A stretch of 64,000 bases of DNA from the IMG/VR virus record IMGVR_UViG_3300045988_118131; one strand, 5' to 3'. The notes beneath the pieces are model-generated. The model did no database searches and was not told the origin of the DNA. It saw only the letters and a program-made list of their open reading frames with translations. Each line of letters begins with the position of its first letter. The first letter of the stretch is position 1. This DNA is from a virus. The translations under genes were made by a program, and so were the position numbers. Positions 42,394 through 52,108 of the stretch are shown here, in pieces.

Positions 42394-43398
42394 ATGCAAA
42401 TAAAAATTCAGCCTACGAAAATTACTAAAGAATTAATCCTAAGCCATATATCAGAAGAGACTCTAATGGAGCATTATCTAGGAATACCTGTCAAAAAGGG
42501 GATCTTTAGGTCCCCTTTGAGAACAGATAATAATCCTACTTGCAGCTTCGATAGAGATAAATATGGAAGACTAGTATTTAAAGATTTTAATGGGAGTTTT
42601 TATGGCGATGCTTTTGAAGTAGTTAAAAGACTATACAATGTTCCCTATTATGAGGCTTTAAATATTATTGCTAACGATTTTGGGATTATTGAGATTCCCC
42701 GACTAGTAAAACACCCCAAGATAATTGAGTATTCAAACACTCAATTCGAAGAATCAGGACCAAGTAACATCCAAATAGAAGTACAACCGTTTTCTGAACA
42801 AGAACTAAAGTGGTGGGAATCATTTGGAATTACTCAAGAACTATTGAAAAAATATAATGTTTATTCATGCAAGAATGTTTTTTTAAATGGTTCGTACTTG
42901 ACCTCTTCGTCAGAAACAGATTTCATCTTTGCTTACTACAGGGGTAGTATAGACGGAATAGATTATTTCAGAATATACTTTCCCATGAGAAAACACTTTA
43001 GATTTTTATCTAATTGGACAGCAAAAATGATTCAAGGAGCCAAACAGCTTCCAAAAACTGGAGATTTTTTAGTAATCACCAAGAGTATGAAAGATGTAAT
43101 GACTCTGGCGAGTTTTGGTATAACGGCAATAGCCCCAAATTCAGAAACACTATTCCTTTCGGAAGAGCAATATGAGAAAGTTAAAAAACGGTTTAAACGT
43201 ATAATTCTTTTATATGACAATGATTTAGCTGGAATTAGTAATATGAACAAAATTCGTAAAAGTTTTAAAGATATTAGCTGTGTTTGGATTCCCAGAAAAT
43301 ATGCAAAAGATATAAGTGATTTTCGCAAAAAATACGGAGAAGAAAACACTAGAAAATTAATCAATAAAGCTAAACGAATTTTAAACATAAATGGCTAA
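42394..43398 (+). CDS. DNA primase (zinc-binding N-terminus + TOPRIM)
   Basis: SPLRTDNNPTCSF zinc-finger-like; TOPRIM-like LLYDNDLAG. Confidence 0.65.
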   Translation: MQIKIQPTKITKELILSHISEETLMEHYLGIPVKKGIFRSPLRTDNNPTCSFDRDKYGRLVFKDFNGSFYGDAFEVVKRLYNVPYYEALNIIANDFGIIEIPRLVKHPKIIEYSNTQFEESGPSNIQIEVQPFSEQELKWWESFGITQELLKKYNVYSCKNVFLNGSYLTSSSETDFIFAYYRGSIDGIDYFRIYFPMRKHFRFLSNWTAKMIQGAKQLPKTGDFLVITKSMKDVMTLASFGITAIAPNSETLFLSEEQYEKVKKRFKRIILLYDNDLAGISNMNKIRKSFKDISCVWIPRKYAKDISDFRKKYGEENTRKLINKAKRILNING

Positions 43399-43942
43399 AA
43401 ATAAAGAATTAAATACATCTTGTAGAGCAACTTTCAAAGATAGTAGTGTACAAGAATTTGAATCAATAGAAGAGGCTGCAGAAGCCACAGGATTAACTGT
43501 AGCAGCTATTAAGATACGATGTAATAGACCTGGATGTGTGGGAAAGGATAAAACAGCTTTTGAGTGGTTAGACGAGCACACAAAAAGAAGTTACCAGGCT
43601 AAAAAATCTAAATCTAAAGGCAGTGCTTTGGAGTATCAAGTAGTAAAAGACTTAAAAGAATTAGGGTTTACAGGATGTGTAACAGCTAGGGGAGAGTCCA
43701 AAAGAGTTGATAACAACAAAATAGACATTATTGACACTGAAGGTAGGCTTCCAGTTAATATACAATGTAAACATTATAAAAATACTCCTAACTATTTTAA
43801 AATTAGAGAAGAGTGTGGTGATAAGTCTAAACCATTTACGATTGTGTGGAAAAAGTCTGCAGAAGGAGGAAACAACAGTCCTGGCACAGTTGCGATTATT
43901 CCAATAGAGTTATTTTATGAATTTTTAAAGGCTTACCTATAA
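43391..43942 (+). CDS. nuclease with NUMOD-like HTH and Hjc/PD-(D/E)XK-like C-terminal domain
   Basis: FESIEEAAEATGLTVAAIKIRC; E..(n)..IDIIDTEG..VNIQCK pattern. Confidence 0.4.
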   Translation: MAKNKELNTSCRATFKDSSVQEFESIEEAAEATGLTVAAIKIRCNRPGCVGKDKTAFEWLDEHTKRSYQAKKSKSKGSALEYQVVKDLKELGFTGCVTARGESKRVDNNKIDIIDTEGRLPVNIQCKHYKNTPNYFKIREECGDKSKPFTIVWKKSAEGGNNSPGTVAIIPIELFYEFLKAYL

Positions 43943-43958
43943 AATAGGTGAGCCATTT

Positions 43959-44228
43959 TTGTATATGGAAGTAATAGTTAGACCATTTAAAGAAGATTTC
44001 CAAAAGTTATCCAAAATGGGATTTACGTTTCTCACGTTTGAGGAAAGATACGCCAAATGGCTGTCTTCTTCCAATAAAAAGAAATTAGGTTTATGTACTC
44101 CTGAGGTATTTTCTTTAGGATATGATTCTCTTTTATCGGAATTGAAGGAATCTATATTTGTTATAGTTAATACTGAGGAGGAATTAAATTTAGTCGATTC
44201 AAATTTTAATATTATAGAGTACAATTAA
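43959..44228 (+). CDS. hypothetical protein (89 aa)
   Basis: ATG ORF from track. Confidence 0.55.
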   Translation: MYMEVIVRPFKEDFQKLSKMGFTFLTFEERYAKWLSSSNKKKLGLCTPEVFSLGYDSLLSELKESIFVIVNTEEELNLVDSNFNIIEYN

Positions 44229-45047
44229 ATGAAAGACATTTTATTCGGAGCTATCATTGGAGATATGTGTGGCTCATCTTATGAAAGAAGTTTCAATAAA
44301 GATATGGAACTTGACAAAATTGAGTTAATAACTCCAGAAATGCATTTTACTGACGACACAGTTTGTAGTATAGCCATTGCTGATGCAATTATTAAAGATG
44401 TCGATAATCCAAACTTTGAAGAATCTCTTATTAAATGGTGTAGGAAATATCCAAAAGCAGGATACGGTAAAATATTCTACGAATGGTTTATGTCTGTTGA
44501 TAGTGAAAGACCTAACATCGAAAGTTATGGTAATGGGTCTGCAATGAGAGTAAGCTCTTGTGGATGGCTTCCTACTAAAGACGAGGCTCTGGAATTAGCT
44601 AGACTTTCAGCTCTTCCTACTCATAGTCATCCGGCAGGAATTAGAGGAGCACAAGCAATTGCTGAATGTATATGGACAGCTTATAATAGTTGTAATGCAA
44701 AAGCATTAGTACTTGATATAGCTAAAAAGTATTATCCAGAATTTGATTTTGATGTTCCTATTTCAGAACTAAGAAAGGAATACACACTCGACTGTACTTG
44801 CCAAGGGTCTGTACCTCAAGCTATAAAATGTTATTGGGAATCTAATAGTTTTGAAGACTGTCTGAAGAGGGCTATTTGGCTTGGAGGGGATACTGATACA
44901 ATAGCAGCTATGGCTGGTAGTATTGCCTATGCTGACTATTGGTATGTTCCAGCTTATTTGATTGAAGCAGCAAAGAATAATCTTCCGGATGAAATGTTGG
45001 AGGTAGTGGATGCGTTTGATGATTTTGTAACTTACGAAGAATGGTAA
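44229..45047 (+). CDS. ADP-ribosylglycohydrolase (DraG/ARH family)
   Basis: GAIIGDMCGSSYE, FTDDT, GNGSAMRV, GGDTDTIAAMAGSIA. Confidence 0.75.
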   Translation: MKDILFGAIIGDMCGSSYERSFNKDMELDKIELITPEMHFTDDTVCSIAIADAIIKDVDNPNFEESLIKWCRKYPKAGYGKIFYEWFMSVDSERPNIESYGNGSAMRVSSCGWLPTKDEALELARLSALPTHSHPAGIRGAQAIAECIWTAYNSCNAKALVLDIAKKYYPEFDFDVPISELRKEYTLDCTCQGSVPQAIKCYWESNSFEDCLKRAIWLGGDTDTIAAMAGSIAYADYWYVPAYLIEAAKNNLPDEMLEVVDAFDDFVTYEEW

Positions 45048-45253
45048 ATACATATCTTTATCCAATATACGACACTGAAAGCGATGAATGCCTTATTAAG
45101 GCAATCAAGGCTCGTAGTTTAGAAGACGCTTATGAAAAGTTGTCGGAATATTATGATCTTGATACTATTTGTGAAAATCACTTTGAGTTTCAGGAAGCCA
45201 TGAAGGAGTATGGCTATATAGTTGGATTACTAACTGATATTGACGAAATATAA
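45041..45253 (+). CDS. hypothetical protein (70 aa)
   Basis: ATG ORF from track. Confidence 0.55.
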   Translation: MVNTYLYPIYDTESDECLIKAIKARSLEDAYEKLSEYYDLDTICENHFEFQEAMKEYGYIVGLLTDIDEI

Positions 45254-45778
45254 ATGAATAAATTAAGAATAGGGTTAGATATTGACGACACTTTAGGAGA
45301 TTTTTATGGACATTACAAATCCTTTTTTAATGCCGAAAAGAATCCAAGAGTAATGGAAGATAAGAACATTACTAAAAATGTGTGTAAATTAAGAACTAAT
45401 AAAGACTTTTGGCTAAGTTTGCCCAAAATAGACAGTATAAATTTTGAACCAGAATTGTACTGTACTAAGAGAATTAATCCAAAGGCTTGGAGTAGAGAAT
45501 GGCTTGTAAATAATGGATTCCCAAATAAGCCTATATATCAAATGGTATACCAGGGTGGAAATAAAGCTGTTATGATTAAGGGAAGATGTGATGTCCTAAT
45601 TGATGATTCAGTGTCTAACGTACTCAAGTGCATAGATTCTGGTATGCCAGCTTTACTTATAGATAGACCACACAATAGGTGGTTTGGACCGCAATATCGA
45701 ATCTTTAGTTTAGACATAGACGAGATTATTGATGCTTACAACATTTTATTAGAATTTAATGGAGAAAACTTTATTTGA
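45254..45778 (+). CDS. 5'(3')-deoxyribonucleotidase (HAD family)
   Basis: DIDDTLGDF (DxDxT) and overall NT5C-like layout. Confidence 0.6.
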   Translation: MNKLRIGLDIDDTLGDFYGHYKSFFNAEKNPRVMEDKNITKNVCKLRTNKDFWLSLPKIDSINFEPELYCTKRINPKAWSREWLVNNGFPNKPIYQMVYQGGNKAVMIKGRCDVLIDDSVSNVLKCIDSGMPALLIDRPHNRWFGPQYRIFSLDIDEIIDAYNILLEFNGENFI

Positions 45779-45986
45779 CTGGAGGGGATATGATGCACTC
45801 GATATGACAGCTTTAATATTTTACGAGTGCGTTTTGAAAGTACCTATTGGATCGTTTCCTATAGGGTACTGTGCTAACAGCATATTTATAGATTACGAAC
45901 AAGGCATTTTGTCTATTTTTGATAATGAAGATAAGGAGTATAAATTTTCTCTAAATCTTCAAGTAGGTGAACCATTGTCAGCATAA
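45759..45986 (+). CDS. hypothetical protein (75 aa)
   Basis: ATG ORF from track. Confidence 0.5.
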   Translation: MEKTLFDWRGYDALDMTALIFYECVLKVPIGSFPIGYCANSIFIDYEQGILSIFDNEDKEYKFSLNLQVGEPLSA

Positions 45987-46995
45987 TGAAATTCAAATAG
46001 TTCCACTTTTAGATACTCTGCAAATATTAGATATTAGTGACGAAGAGTATTTTGGAGAGAAATATAGAGAATATATAAGTAACTCAAGACTTAAACTTAT
46101 TGATCCTGAAGAAGGAGGTAGTCCAGAATTATTTAAAGCTGGCTTATCTCCAGCTTTTAGTGATGCTTTCTATTATGGATCAGCCATTCACTGTTTAACC
46201 TTACAACCTGATGATTTTGAATTAGTAGAATCTGTAGATAGACCTACTTCAAAAGCTGGATTTATGGCTGATGAATTATTCAAAAGTTTTTCTAAGAATA
46301 GACCATTTAAAACAGAAGAGATAATTAAGGCTTCTGATAAAATTGGATACTATAAGGGTAAAATGAATGAAAATCGGATTGCTGATTTAATAAGTAAATG
46401 TTCTAATTATTGGCATGATAGATACGATTTTGAGAAGTCTTATGTAGGAGGGAAGGAATTAATTTATTTAGACCAAAGAAGCCGGGGAAAAGTCCATACA
46501 AGCCTTAAAAACATAAAATCTAATACAGAAATACAAAAACTATTAAATCCAGAAGGATTACTTGAAACACCAAAATCTTACAATGAGGCTACAATACTAT
46601 TAGAAGTCAAGGCTGTTTCCCCATCTAAAGATGAAACTATACTTAAACTTAAGGGAAAATTAGATAATTTTACAGTAGATGAAGAATCTAAAATTATTAC
46701 ATTAAATGACCTTAAAACCACAGGTCATTATATTGAGGATTTTCCCGAAGGAAGTTTTGTTAATTTTAAGTATGCCCGGCAAATGGCAATGTATGGATGG
46801 ATGTTATCTCTAGCTAATAAAACCACATTTAACATCTCCAATCCAACATTTAAATCTAATATGTTACTTGTATCTTCCATTCCTCCGTGTAATTGCGGAG
46901 TATTCTCTTTAAATGGTTCACACATAAATTTAGGTATGAAAATGTTTACAGATTTATTAAAAAGAGTAGCATATTTAGAATTGTATGGAAACTAA
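45967..46995 (+). CDS. PD-(D/E)XK (RecB/YqaJ-like) exonuclease, GTG start
   Basis: KLDNFTVDE...ITLNDLKTT fits a D..(D/E)xK core; start codon uncertain. Confidence 0.4.
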   Translation: MNHCQHNEIQIVPLLDTLQILDISDEEYFGEKYREYISNSRLKLIDPEEGGSPELFKAGLSPAFSDAFYYGSAIHCLTLQPDDFELVESVDRPTSKAGFMADELFKSFSKNRPFKTEEIIKASDKIGYYKGKMNENRIADLISKCSNYWHDRYDFEKSYVGGKELIYLDQRSRGKVHTSLKNIKSNTEIQKLLNPEGLLETPKSYNEATILLEVKAVSPSKDETILKLKGKLDNFTVDEESKIITLNDLKTTGHYIEDFPEGSFVNFKYARQMAMYGWMLSLANKTTFNISNPTFKSNMLLVSSIPPCNCGVFSLNGSHINLGMKMFTDLLKRVAYLELYGN

Positions 46996-47362
46996 AACAG
47001 ATGTAGGATTCCTATTGGCTGGCACTCCATCATATAAAGATTTACAAAATGTATATCTAAAATGGTTCAGTCTAGGTGGAATTGCTGGAGAAATTGATAA
47101 TAAATTTGCACTAATTTCTTTAATATGTGCGCTTACTGCGGCACAAAAAAATAAGAATCCAGATATTACCTGCTATGAGGTAATAAAGAAAATTATTGCT
47201 AAAGGAGGTCCACAACTAACAGATGATTACCTATTTGGTTTATCTATAGTTTGTGAAGATTTTCTTAAAGGAAGCACCAAATTTAATACCTGTGGATTGA
47301 AAACGGCAAAAGACATGGTTGAGAAAATCAACGAGATACTTGAAAAATGGCTCCCGTTTTAA
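46985..47362 (+). CDS. hypothetical protein (125 aa)
   Basis: ATG ORF from track. Confidence 0.6.
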   Translation: METKTDVGFLLAGTPSYKDLQNVYLKWFSLGGIAGEIDNKFALISLICALTAAQKNKNPDITCYEVIKKIIAKGGPQLTDDYLFGLSIVCEDFLKGSTKFNTCGLKTAKDMVEKINEILEKWLPF

Positions 47363-47427
47363 ATACACATTAGATGAGAATATCAAGAAAATAGATAAGA
47401 AATTTTAAAAAGATTTTTTCACAAGTG

Positions 47428-47459
47428 TTTGGAGGATACAAAAAATTGTACTACCTTTG
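47428..47459 (+). promoter_or_regulatory. Bacteroidota-type promoter TTTG-N20-TAccTTTG (tandem 1)
   Basis: TTTG 47428-47431; TAccTTTG 47452-47459. Confidence 0.65.
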
Positions 47460-47521
47460 TATCACTTTCTCGGTGAGAGAAGGGAGTACAAAAAGTGTTC
47501 ACAAAAATTAACACTTATATG

Positions 47522-47553
47522 TTTGGATGATTACGAAAAAAGTAGTACCTTTG
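47522..47553 (+). promoter_or_regulatory. Bacteroidota-type promoter TTTG-N20-TAccTTTG (tandem 2)
   Basis: TTTG 47522-47525; TAccTTTG 47546-47553. Confidence 0.65.
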
Positions 47554-47608
47554 TAGCATCAAACATTGAGATAATGAATATGAATTAATGACTTAAAATT
47601 TTTTATTT

Positions 47609-48163
47609 ATGGAAATCAATTTGAACTTTAAACGTGTCGATGTAAACGCTTTCACTTTAAAAGAAGCAGAAGAAATTTTAGCTGAAAAAGCAAACTTTGA
47701 AAAATTTGCAAACGCAACTCAAGCATGGAAAAACGCTGGTAGTCCAATGCAGAATACAAAAGAATTTAAAGAATTTTGTGCAAATTACTTGGCTGAAAAG
47801 ACTAAGAACAAACAAGGTTTAGGATGTGTTATTGTTTACGAAGCTGGAAAGGCTGATACCAGAGAACGTCCCTGGGAAATGAACGATGTTGTAAACGAAC
47901 TCGGAAAACGTAAATATAAAACGACTTATCTAATTATTGATGAAGAAACTGGCAAGATTCTTGCTAAGACACAGGAAAACAAGGCTAAAGCTAAGGAATT
48001 GGCTAAGGAATTGTACACTAAGGGTGGTTACAGAGGAAAACTTACTTGTATTTATACTAAGGAAGTAGTTGAAGGTGAAAAAAGAGCATTTACAATGAAG
48101 TATCAGGCATCTAAGAGTGCAAAAGAAGGATACTTTATCTTCTTCGGAATCGAACGTAACTAA
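47609..48163 (+). CDS. hypothetical protein (184 aa), probably highly expressed
   Basis: Two tandem consensus promoters upstream, strong terminator downstream. Confidence 0.7.
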   Translation: MEINLNFKRVDVNAFTLKEAEEILAEKANFEKFANATQAWKNAGSPMQNTKEFKEFCANYLAEKTKNKQGLGCVIVYEAGKADTRERPWEMNDVVNELGKRKYKTTYLIIDEETGKILAKTQENKAKAKELAKELYTKGGYRGKLTCIYTKEVVEGEKRAFTMKYQASKSAKEGYFIFFGIERN

Positions 48164-48171
48164 CCCCCCCC
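48164..48171. repeat. C8 homopolymer tract
   Basis: Directly after the TAA of the preceding gene. Confidence 0.9.
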
Positions 48172-48202
48172 GAAGACTAAAAGTCGAGTATTAAACTTTA
48201 AT

Positions 48203-48238
48203 AAAGTCTCCTTATTATATTATGAGGAGACTTTTTTT
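48203..48238 (+). terminator. rho-independent terminator
   Basis: aaagtctcct...aggagacttt (10 bp) followed by T7. Confidence 0.8.
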
Positions 48239-48254
48239 ATTTTGTAAAATTTCT

Positions 48255-49175
48255 ATGGATAGGTATGAATTTATATGAAAATCTGTACAAAAATTTGGAT
48301 ACAAATTTGATTATAGAGAGGTAGGAAAAATTAAAAATTCTAAATCAAAGGTAGTTTTAATATGCCCTATACATGGAGTGTTTATGCAAGAGGTCGGGAA
48401 TCATCTTCGTAGTGCTCATGGATGTACTGAATGTGGTAAGGAGGCAAGAGGGAAATCTAACAGGGATACTAAAGATTCCTGAATAATTAAAGCTATAAAA
48501 AGACATGGAGACTTTTATAATTATAGTAAGGTTAGATATATAGACTGCTATACTCCAGTTACTATAATTTGTCCCATCCACGGAGAATTTCAACAAGTTC
48601 CTTATTATCATACAAGTGAAAATGGTTGCCCTAAATGTGGAAATATTAAGAAAAATGCTAATAAAATATTAACAACTGAAGAATTTGTTGAAAAAGCTAA
48701 AAGTATTCACGGAACTACTTACAGTTATGATGCAGTAGAATATGAAACTACTGATAGTAAAGTTTGTATAATTTGTCCTATTCATGGTGAATTTTGACAA
48801 ACTCCACATTCTCATTTGCAAGGACATGGATGTCCTTATTGTAATCATCTTTCTAAAGGTGAAGAGTACGTTAAAAATGTCCTAAACGAACTTGGAATAA
48901 ATTATATATGACAATATTGTATTAAAACTGATAAAAGACATTATAATATTGACTTTTACCTACCTGAATACAATTTAGCAATAGAGTATAATGGAGAGCA
49001 ACATTACAAGTTTTCTCCATATTTTCACAAAACAGAAGAAAACTTTATTAAACAAAAACAAAGGGATTCTGAAGTAAAAGATTTATTATATGCTAAGAAT
49101 ATTAAATTACATATTATAAGTTATAGAACTCCTTTTGAAAAAGTTAAAATAGATTTAGAAAAACTGTTAAAATAG
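48255..49175 (+). CDS. free-standing homing endonuclease (3 Zn-ribbon repeats + Vsr/DUF559-like PD-(D/E)XK domain), readable only if TGA is sense (Trp)
   Basis: A 306-codon frame with no TAA or TAG, but 4 in-frame TGA (48276, 48480, 48795, 48909). Repeats (I/V)(I/L)CPIHG.F.Q....H..G.GC..C. TGA sits in HGEF*QTP, where this protein family has W. C-terminal DFYLPEYNLAIEYNGEQHY. Confidence 0.7.
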
Positions 49176-49212
49176 GGGAATTATCTGAACAAGGTAGTTC
49201 CCCTTATTTTTT
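49175..49212 (+). terminator. rho-independent terminator
   Basis: ggggaatta...tagttcccc then ttatttttt. Confidence 0.75.
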
Positions 49213-49285
49213 ATATATAGATAAAAAAGTAACATAACTAAATCGGAGAAATAACCTCCGAGTTCTAAATAAAATAAAACATTAT

Positions 49286-50890
49286 ATGAAATTATCAACT
49301 GTTGTTAAGTTCAGAAAAGAACTGGAATGTGTTAAAGAGTCAGGATTAACAATCGCGGAGTATTGTCAACAGAATAAAAAGAACAGATCGTGGTTTACTG
49401 AGCGTATCAAGAGAGTGCTAGATACTAAAGACTTGTATGTTGAAGAAACTGCACAAATTCTTGAGTTGTATTCTGAGCTTGTAGATAACAGAGGACGGGG
49501 AAGAGGCAAGGAATTTTACAAAAATCTGGCAGATTCTCTTTTAAATGGTAAGCCAGAGAAAATTATTTCGAAAGAAGAGAATGATGAAGAAGATAAAACT
49601 CACGTAACTTATGTTAGAAATACATCTACTAATAAGATTGAGTCCTATGATGTTATAGTTTATGTTAGAGACTCTAAGCCCTTTAGAACAATCTTATCCA
49701 GAGAAGACGCTGAAGTATTGTTTGGTTTATATACCTATTATGGTGGTAATGTAACTGCTAGGAATGTAGCTAACGAGTTTCCTAAATTTACTCTTCCAGA
49801 GGTTAAAAAGCTATTTAGAGCATTCAAATTAACTAAGGATTCAGCTTGGTTCCCTCCACACTTAGGAGAAGAGTTAACAGAAGAGGAGCTTAGTCAGTAT
49901 CGAATGAATCTTAAGGAAAGAGCTGCATTTAAGTATGCTGATGCTAGACAAGAAAGAGACTTCAAGAATACCATTAACAAAATGGCTTCGGAAATCAATA
50001 AATTGAAGAATTTTAATGGACAGTTTGAAGAAGTTCTTGCTAAGTTTGTAAATGAAAATAATATAGTTACAAAACAGTTTCCTAGAGTTGTTTCTAGTGA
50101 TAAGACTGTTATGATATTTCTGGCGGATATGCACATTGGAGCTAAAGTGAATGATCAAGCTTTGTTTGACAACCACTATGATATGGAGGTAGTATATAAA
50201 AGAATGGATCAAATTATTTCTTATTTCTCTAAGCTTGACCCATTTAAAAGGATTGTGGTAGTTAATGTCGGAGATGCTTTGGATGGAATGGATAACCAAA
50301 CTGCAAGGCGAGATCATTTCATTCCTCAGAACATGAATAATTTTGAGCAACTTAACAATTATGTAGCTGCAATAAAGTATTTGTTCCATAATATGATTGT
50401 AAATAAGATGGCTTCTGAATATTCTTATATTTCTGTTCCTTGCGGAAATCATGATGGAGCATTTGGATACGCTGCGGCACAATTGGCAGCTAGTGTTCTT
50501 AAACTTAACTATCCCCAAATTGAAACTTGTGTAGAAAGCAAATTTTATTTACGGTATGATGTAGGGGAATTCTCATATCTAGTTTGTCATGGTAAAGACG
50601 AACAGTTTATGAAAAATGGATTTAAGATCAATTTGGATGATAATACTGAATTAAAGATTAATCAGTATATAGACTCTTTAGATGGTTTGAAACCTAACAT
50701 AAATGTAGTTAGTGGGGACTTACACAACGAATCTATGAGTAGAGGAAAGAAATTTAAATATTGGAAAGTGGGATCTTTCTTTGGCTCTTCCGAATATTGT
50801 ATGTATGGTTGGGGTAATACTCCAGCTCATGTAAATTATCACATAATTTCAGATGATATTTTAATGAACGGAACTGTAGAACTAAAATGA
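49286..50890 (+). CDS. calcineurin-like metallophosphoesterase (SbcD/Mre11-like) with N-terminal HTH-like region
   Basis: IFLADMHIG, VGDALDG, GNHDG, CHGKD. Confidence 0.6.
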   Translation: MKLSTVVKFRKELECVKESGLTIAEYCQQNKKNRSWFTERIKRVLDTKDLYVEETAQILELYSELVDNRGRGRGKEFYKNLADSLLNGKPEKIISKEENDEEDKTHVTYVRNTSTNKIESYDVIVYVRDSKPFRTILSREDAEVLFGLYTYYGGNVTARNVANEFPKFTLPEVKKLFRAFKLTKDSAWFPPHLGEELTEEELSQYRMNLKERAAFKYADARQERDFKNTINKMASEINKLKNFNGQFEEVLAKFVNENNIVTKQFPRVVSSDKTVMIFLADMHIGAKVNDQALFDNHYDMEVVYKRMDQIISYFSKLDPFKRIVVVNVGDALDGMDNQTARRDHFIPQNMNNFEQLNNYVAAIKYLFHNMIVNKMASEYSYISVPCGNHDGAFGYAAAQLAASVLKLNYPQIETCVESKFYLRYDVGEFSYLVCHGKDEQFMKNGFKINLDDNTELKINQYIDSLDGLKPNINVVSGDLHNESMSRGKKFKYWKVGSFFGSSEYCMYGWGNTPAHVNYHIISDDILMNGTVELK

Positions 50891-50891
50891 T

Positions 50892-51314
50892 ATGACGGTA
50901 TTAGTAAATGGTCAAGACCTTGACGCGTTTGGAGACTTGGAATCCTTCGAGGATTCCATTCAAGATATAGAGACAGTTACTATAGATAACTATACCTTTG
51001 AACCCTATTGTTCGCACAAAGAGATATGGGACTTTTATATTTGCTGGAACACCTATGAAGAGTATGAACAAAAAATATTGTGGCATTATGCAGAAGCTAG
51101 TGGACTACCTATTTTAGAAGTAGACAGTATAGCTGAAGACGCCTTTGATAACTTTTTTGGAATTTATAGTACTAATGCAGAAGCAGGTGAGGAATTGCTA
51201 AAGTTGTCTATTAAGGATTATTGTTTTGTAGAACATCTCTTCGACGATGAAATATTAAACTTAATCGCAGTTAACAATTTAATAGAAGATGAGGATTACT
51301 ACTTTTATATTTAA
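50892..51314 (+). CDS. acidic hypothetical protein (140 aa)
   Basis: ATG ORF from track. Confidence 0.6.
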   Translation: MTVLVNGQDLDAFGDLESFEDSIQDIETVTIDNYTFEPYCSHKEIWDFYICWNTYEEYEQKILWHYAEASGLPILEVDSIAEDAFDNFFGIYSTNAEAGEELLKLSIKDYCFVEHLFDDEILNLIAVNNLIEDEDYYFYI

Positions 51315-51322
51315 CAATTAAT

Positions 51323-52099
51323 ATGGAACTGACACTAGAAGAAGCCTTGAAGGGGAAAGCAACAAGAATTAAAAATAAAGATTATTTTGAAACTAAGGCA
51401 TATTTAGAACCATTTATAGAACGTATGTCCAAGTTTACTAATGATTTTAGAATCAATGCAGTACTTCCTGATCAGATTACCAAGACTAAGACTGGTGAAA
51501 TTGATATGGATGATATTACATTTAATAGAATGTGGATTCAAGCAGTATTGCCTGGAGAGTTTGCGTTCAATAACCATCAAGAAGTGGTCGGAATGGTATA
51601 TGGATTGGATGTAAGAAAACCTATTGTAAAAATATATAGAGGTGGACTTAATATGGCTTGTACTAATTTATGTATATTTCAGCCAGAGGAGTTAAATGTT
51701 CAAGAACTAGAACCAGAGCGTCCCATTGATTTCTCTCCCATTAAACGGATTATGGAACATACTTGTGAAATGAAAGCTTATCTAGAAAGGTTGGACAATA
51801 CTGAATTTGTTCGAGATAAGCAATCTATTGAAAGAGAACTAGGAAGATGGGTAAACAATTCTATTGTAAAGTCCTATGATAATGGATTTGGGAAAGTAAA
51901 ATTAGCTACCTCTCTAATTATTGACGCTTATAAGAATTTATTCATAAACGAGGAGTCTGATTACTTTATTGAAGAAAATACTCCAGTTTCTATGTTCACT
52001 GTATATAACTCATTCACTGATCAAATTTGTAACAAGGATAAGGATATAATGAATAAAGCTGAGAAGACTTTACTATTAAAGGAAGTTCTAGAATTTTAA
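51323..52099 (+). CDS. hypothetical protein (258 aa), possibly DUF932-like
   Basis: ATG ORF; GGLNMACTNLC resembles the DUF932 core; weak. Confidence 0.55.
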   Translation: MELTLEEALKGKATRIKNKDYFETKAYLEPFIERMSKFTNDFRINAVLPDQITKTKTGEIDMDDITFNRMWIQAVLPGEFAFNNHQEVVGMVYGLDVRKPIVKIYRGGLNMACTNLCIFQPEELNVQELEPERPIDFSPIKRIMEHTCEMKAYLERLDNTEFVRDKQSIERELGRWVNNSIVKSYDNGFGKVKLATSLIIDAYKNLFINEESDYFIEENTPVSMFTVYNSFTDQICNKDKDIMNKAEKTLLLKEVLEF

Positions 52100-52108
52100 T
52101 GAAAATAC

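Noticed and set aside
49874-50518. 214-aa minus-strand ORF, and similar antisense ORFs in the track (e.g. 28904..29374, 43032..43388, 55096..55476, 12510..12824, 62436..62717)
   Set aside because: Each lies entirely antisense to a longer + strand ORF with recognisable motifs or tight operon context. Their translations are low-complexity (I/F/L/S/N-rich), as expected from antisense reading of AT-rich coding DNA.
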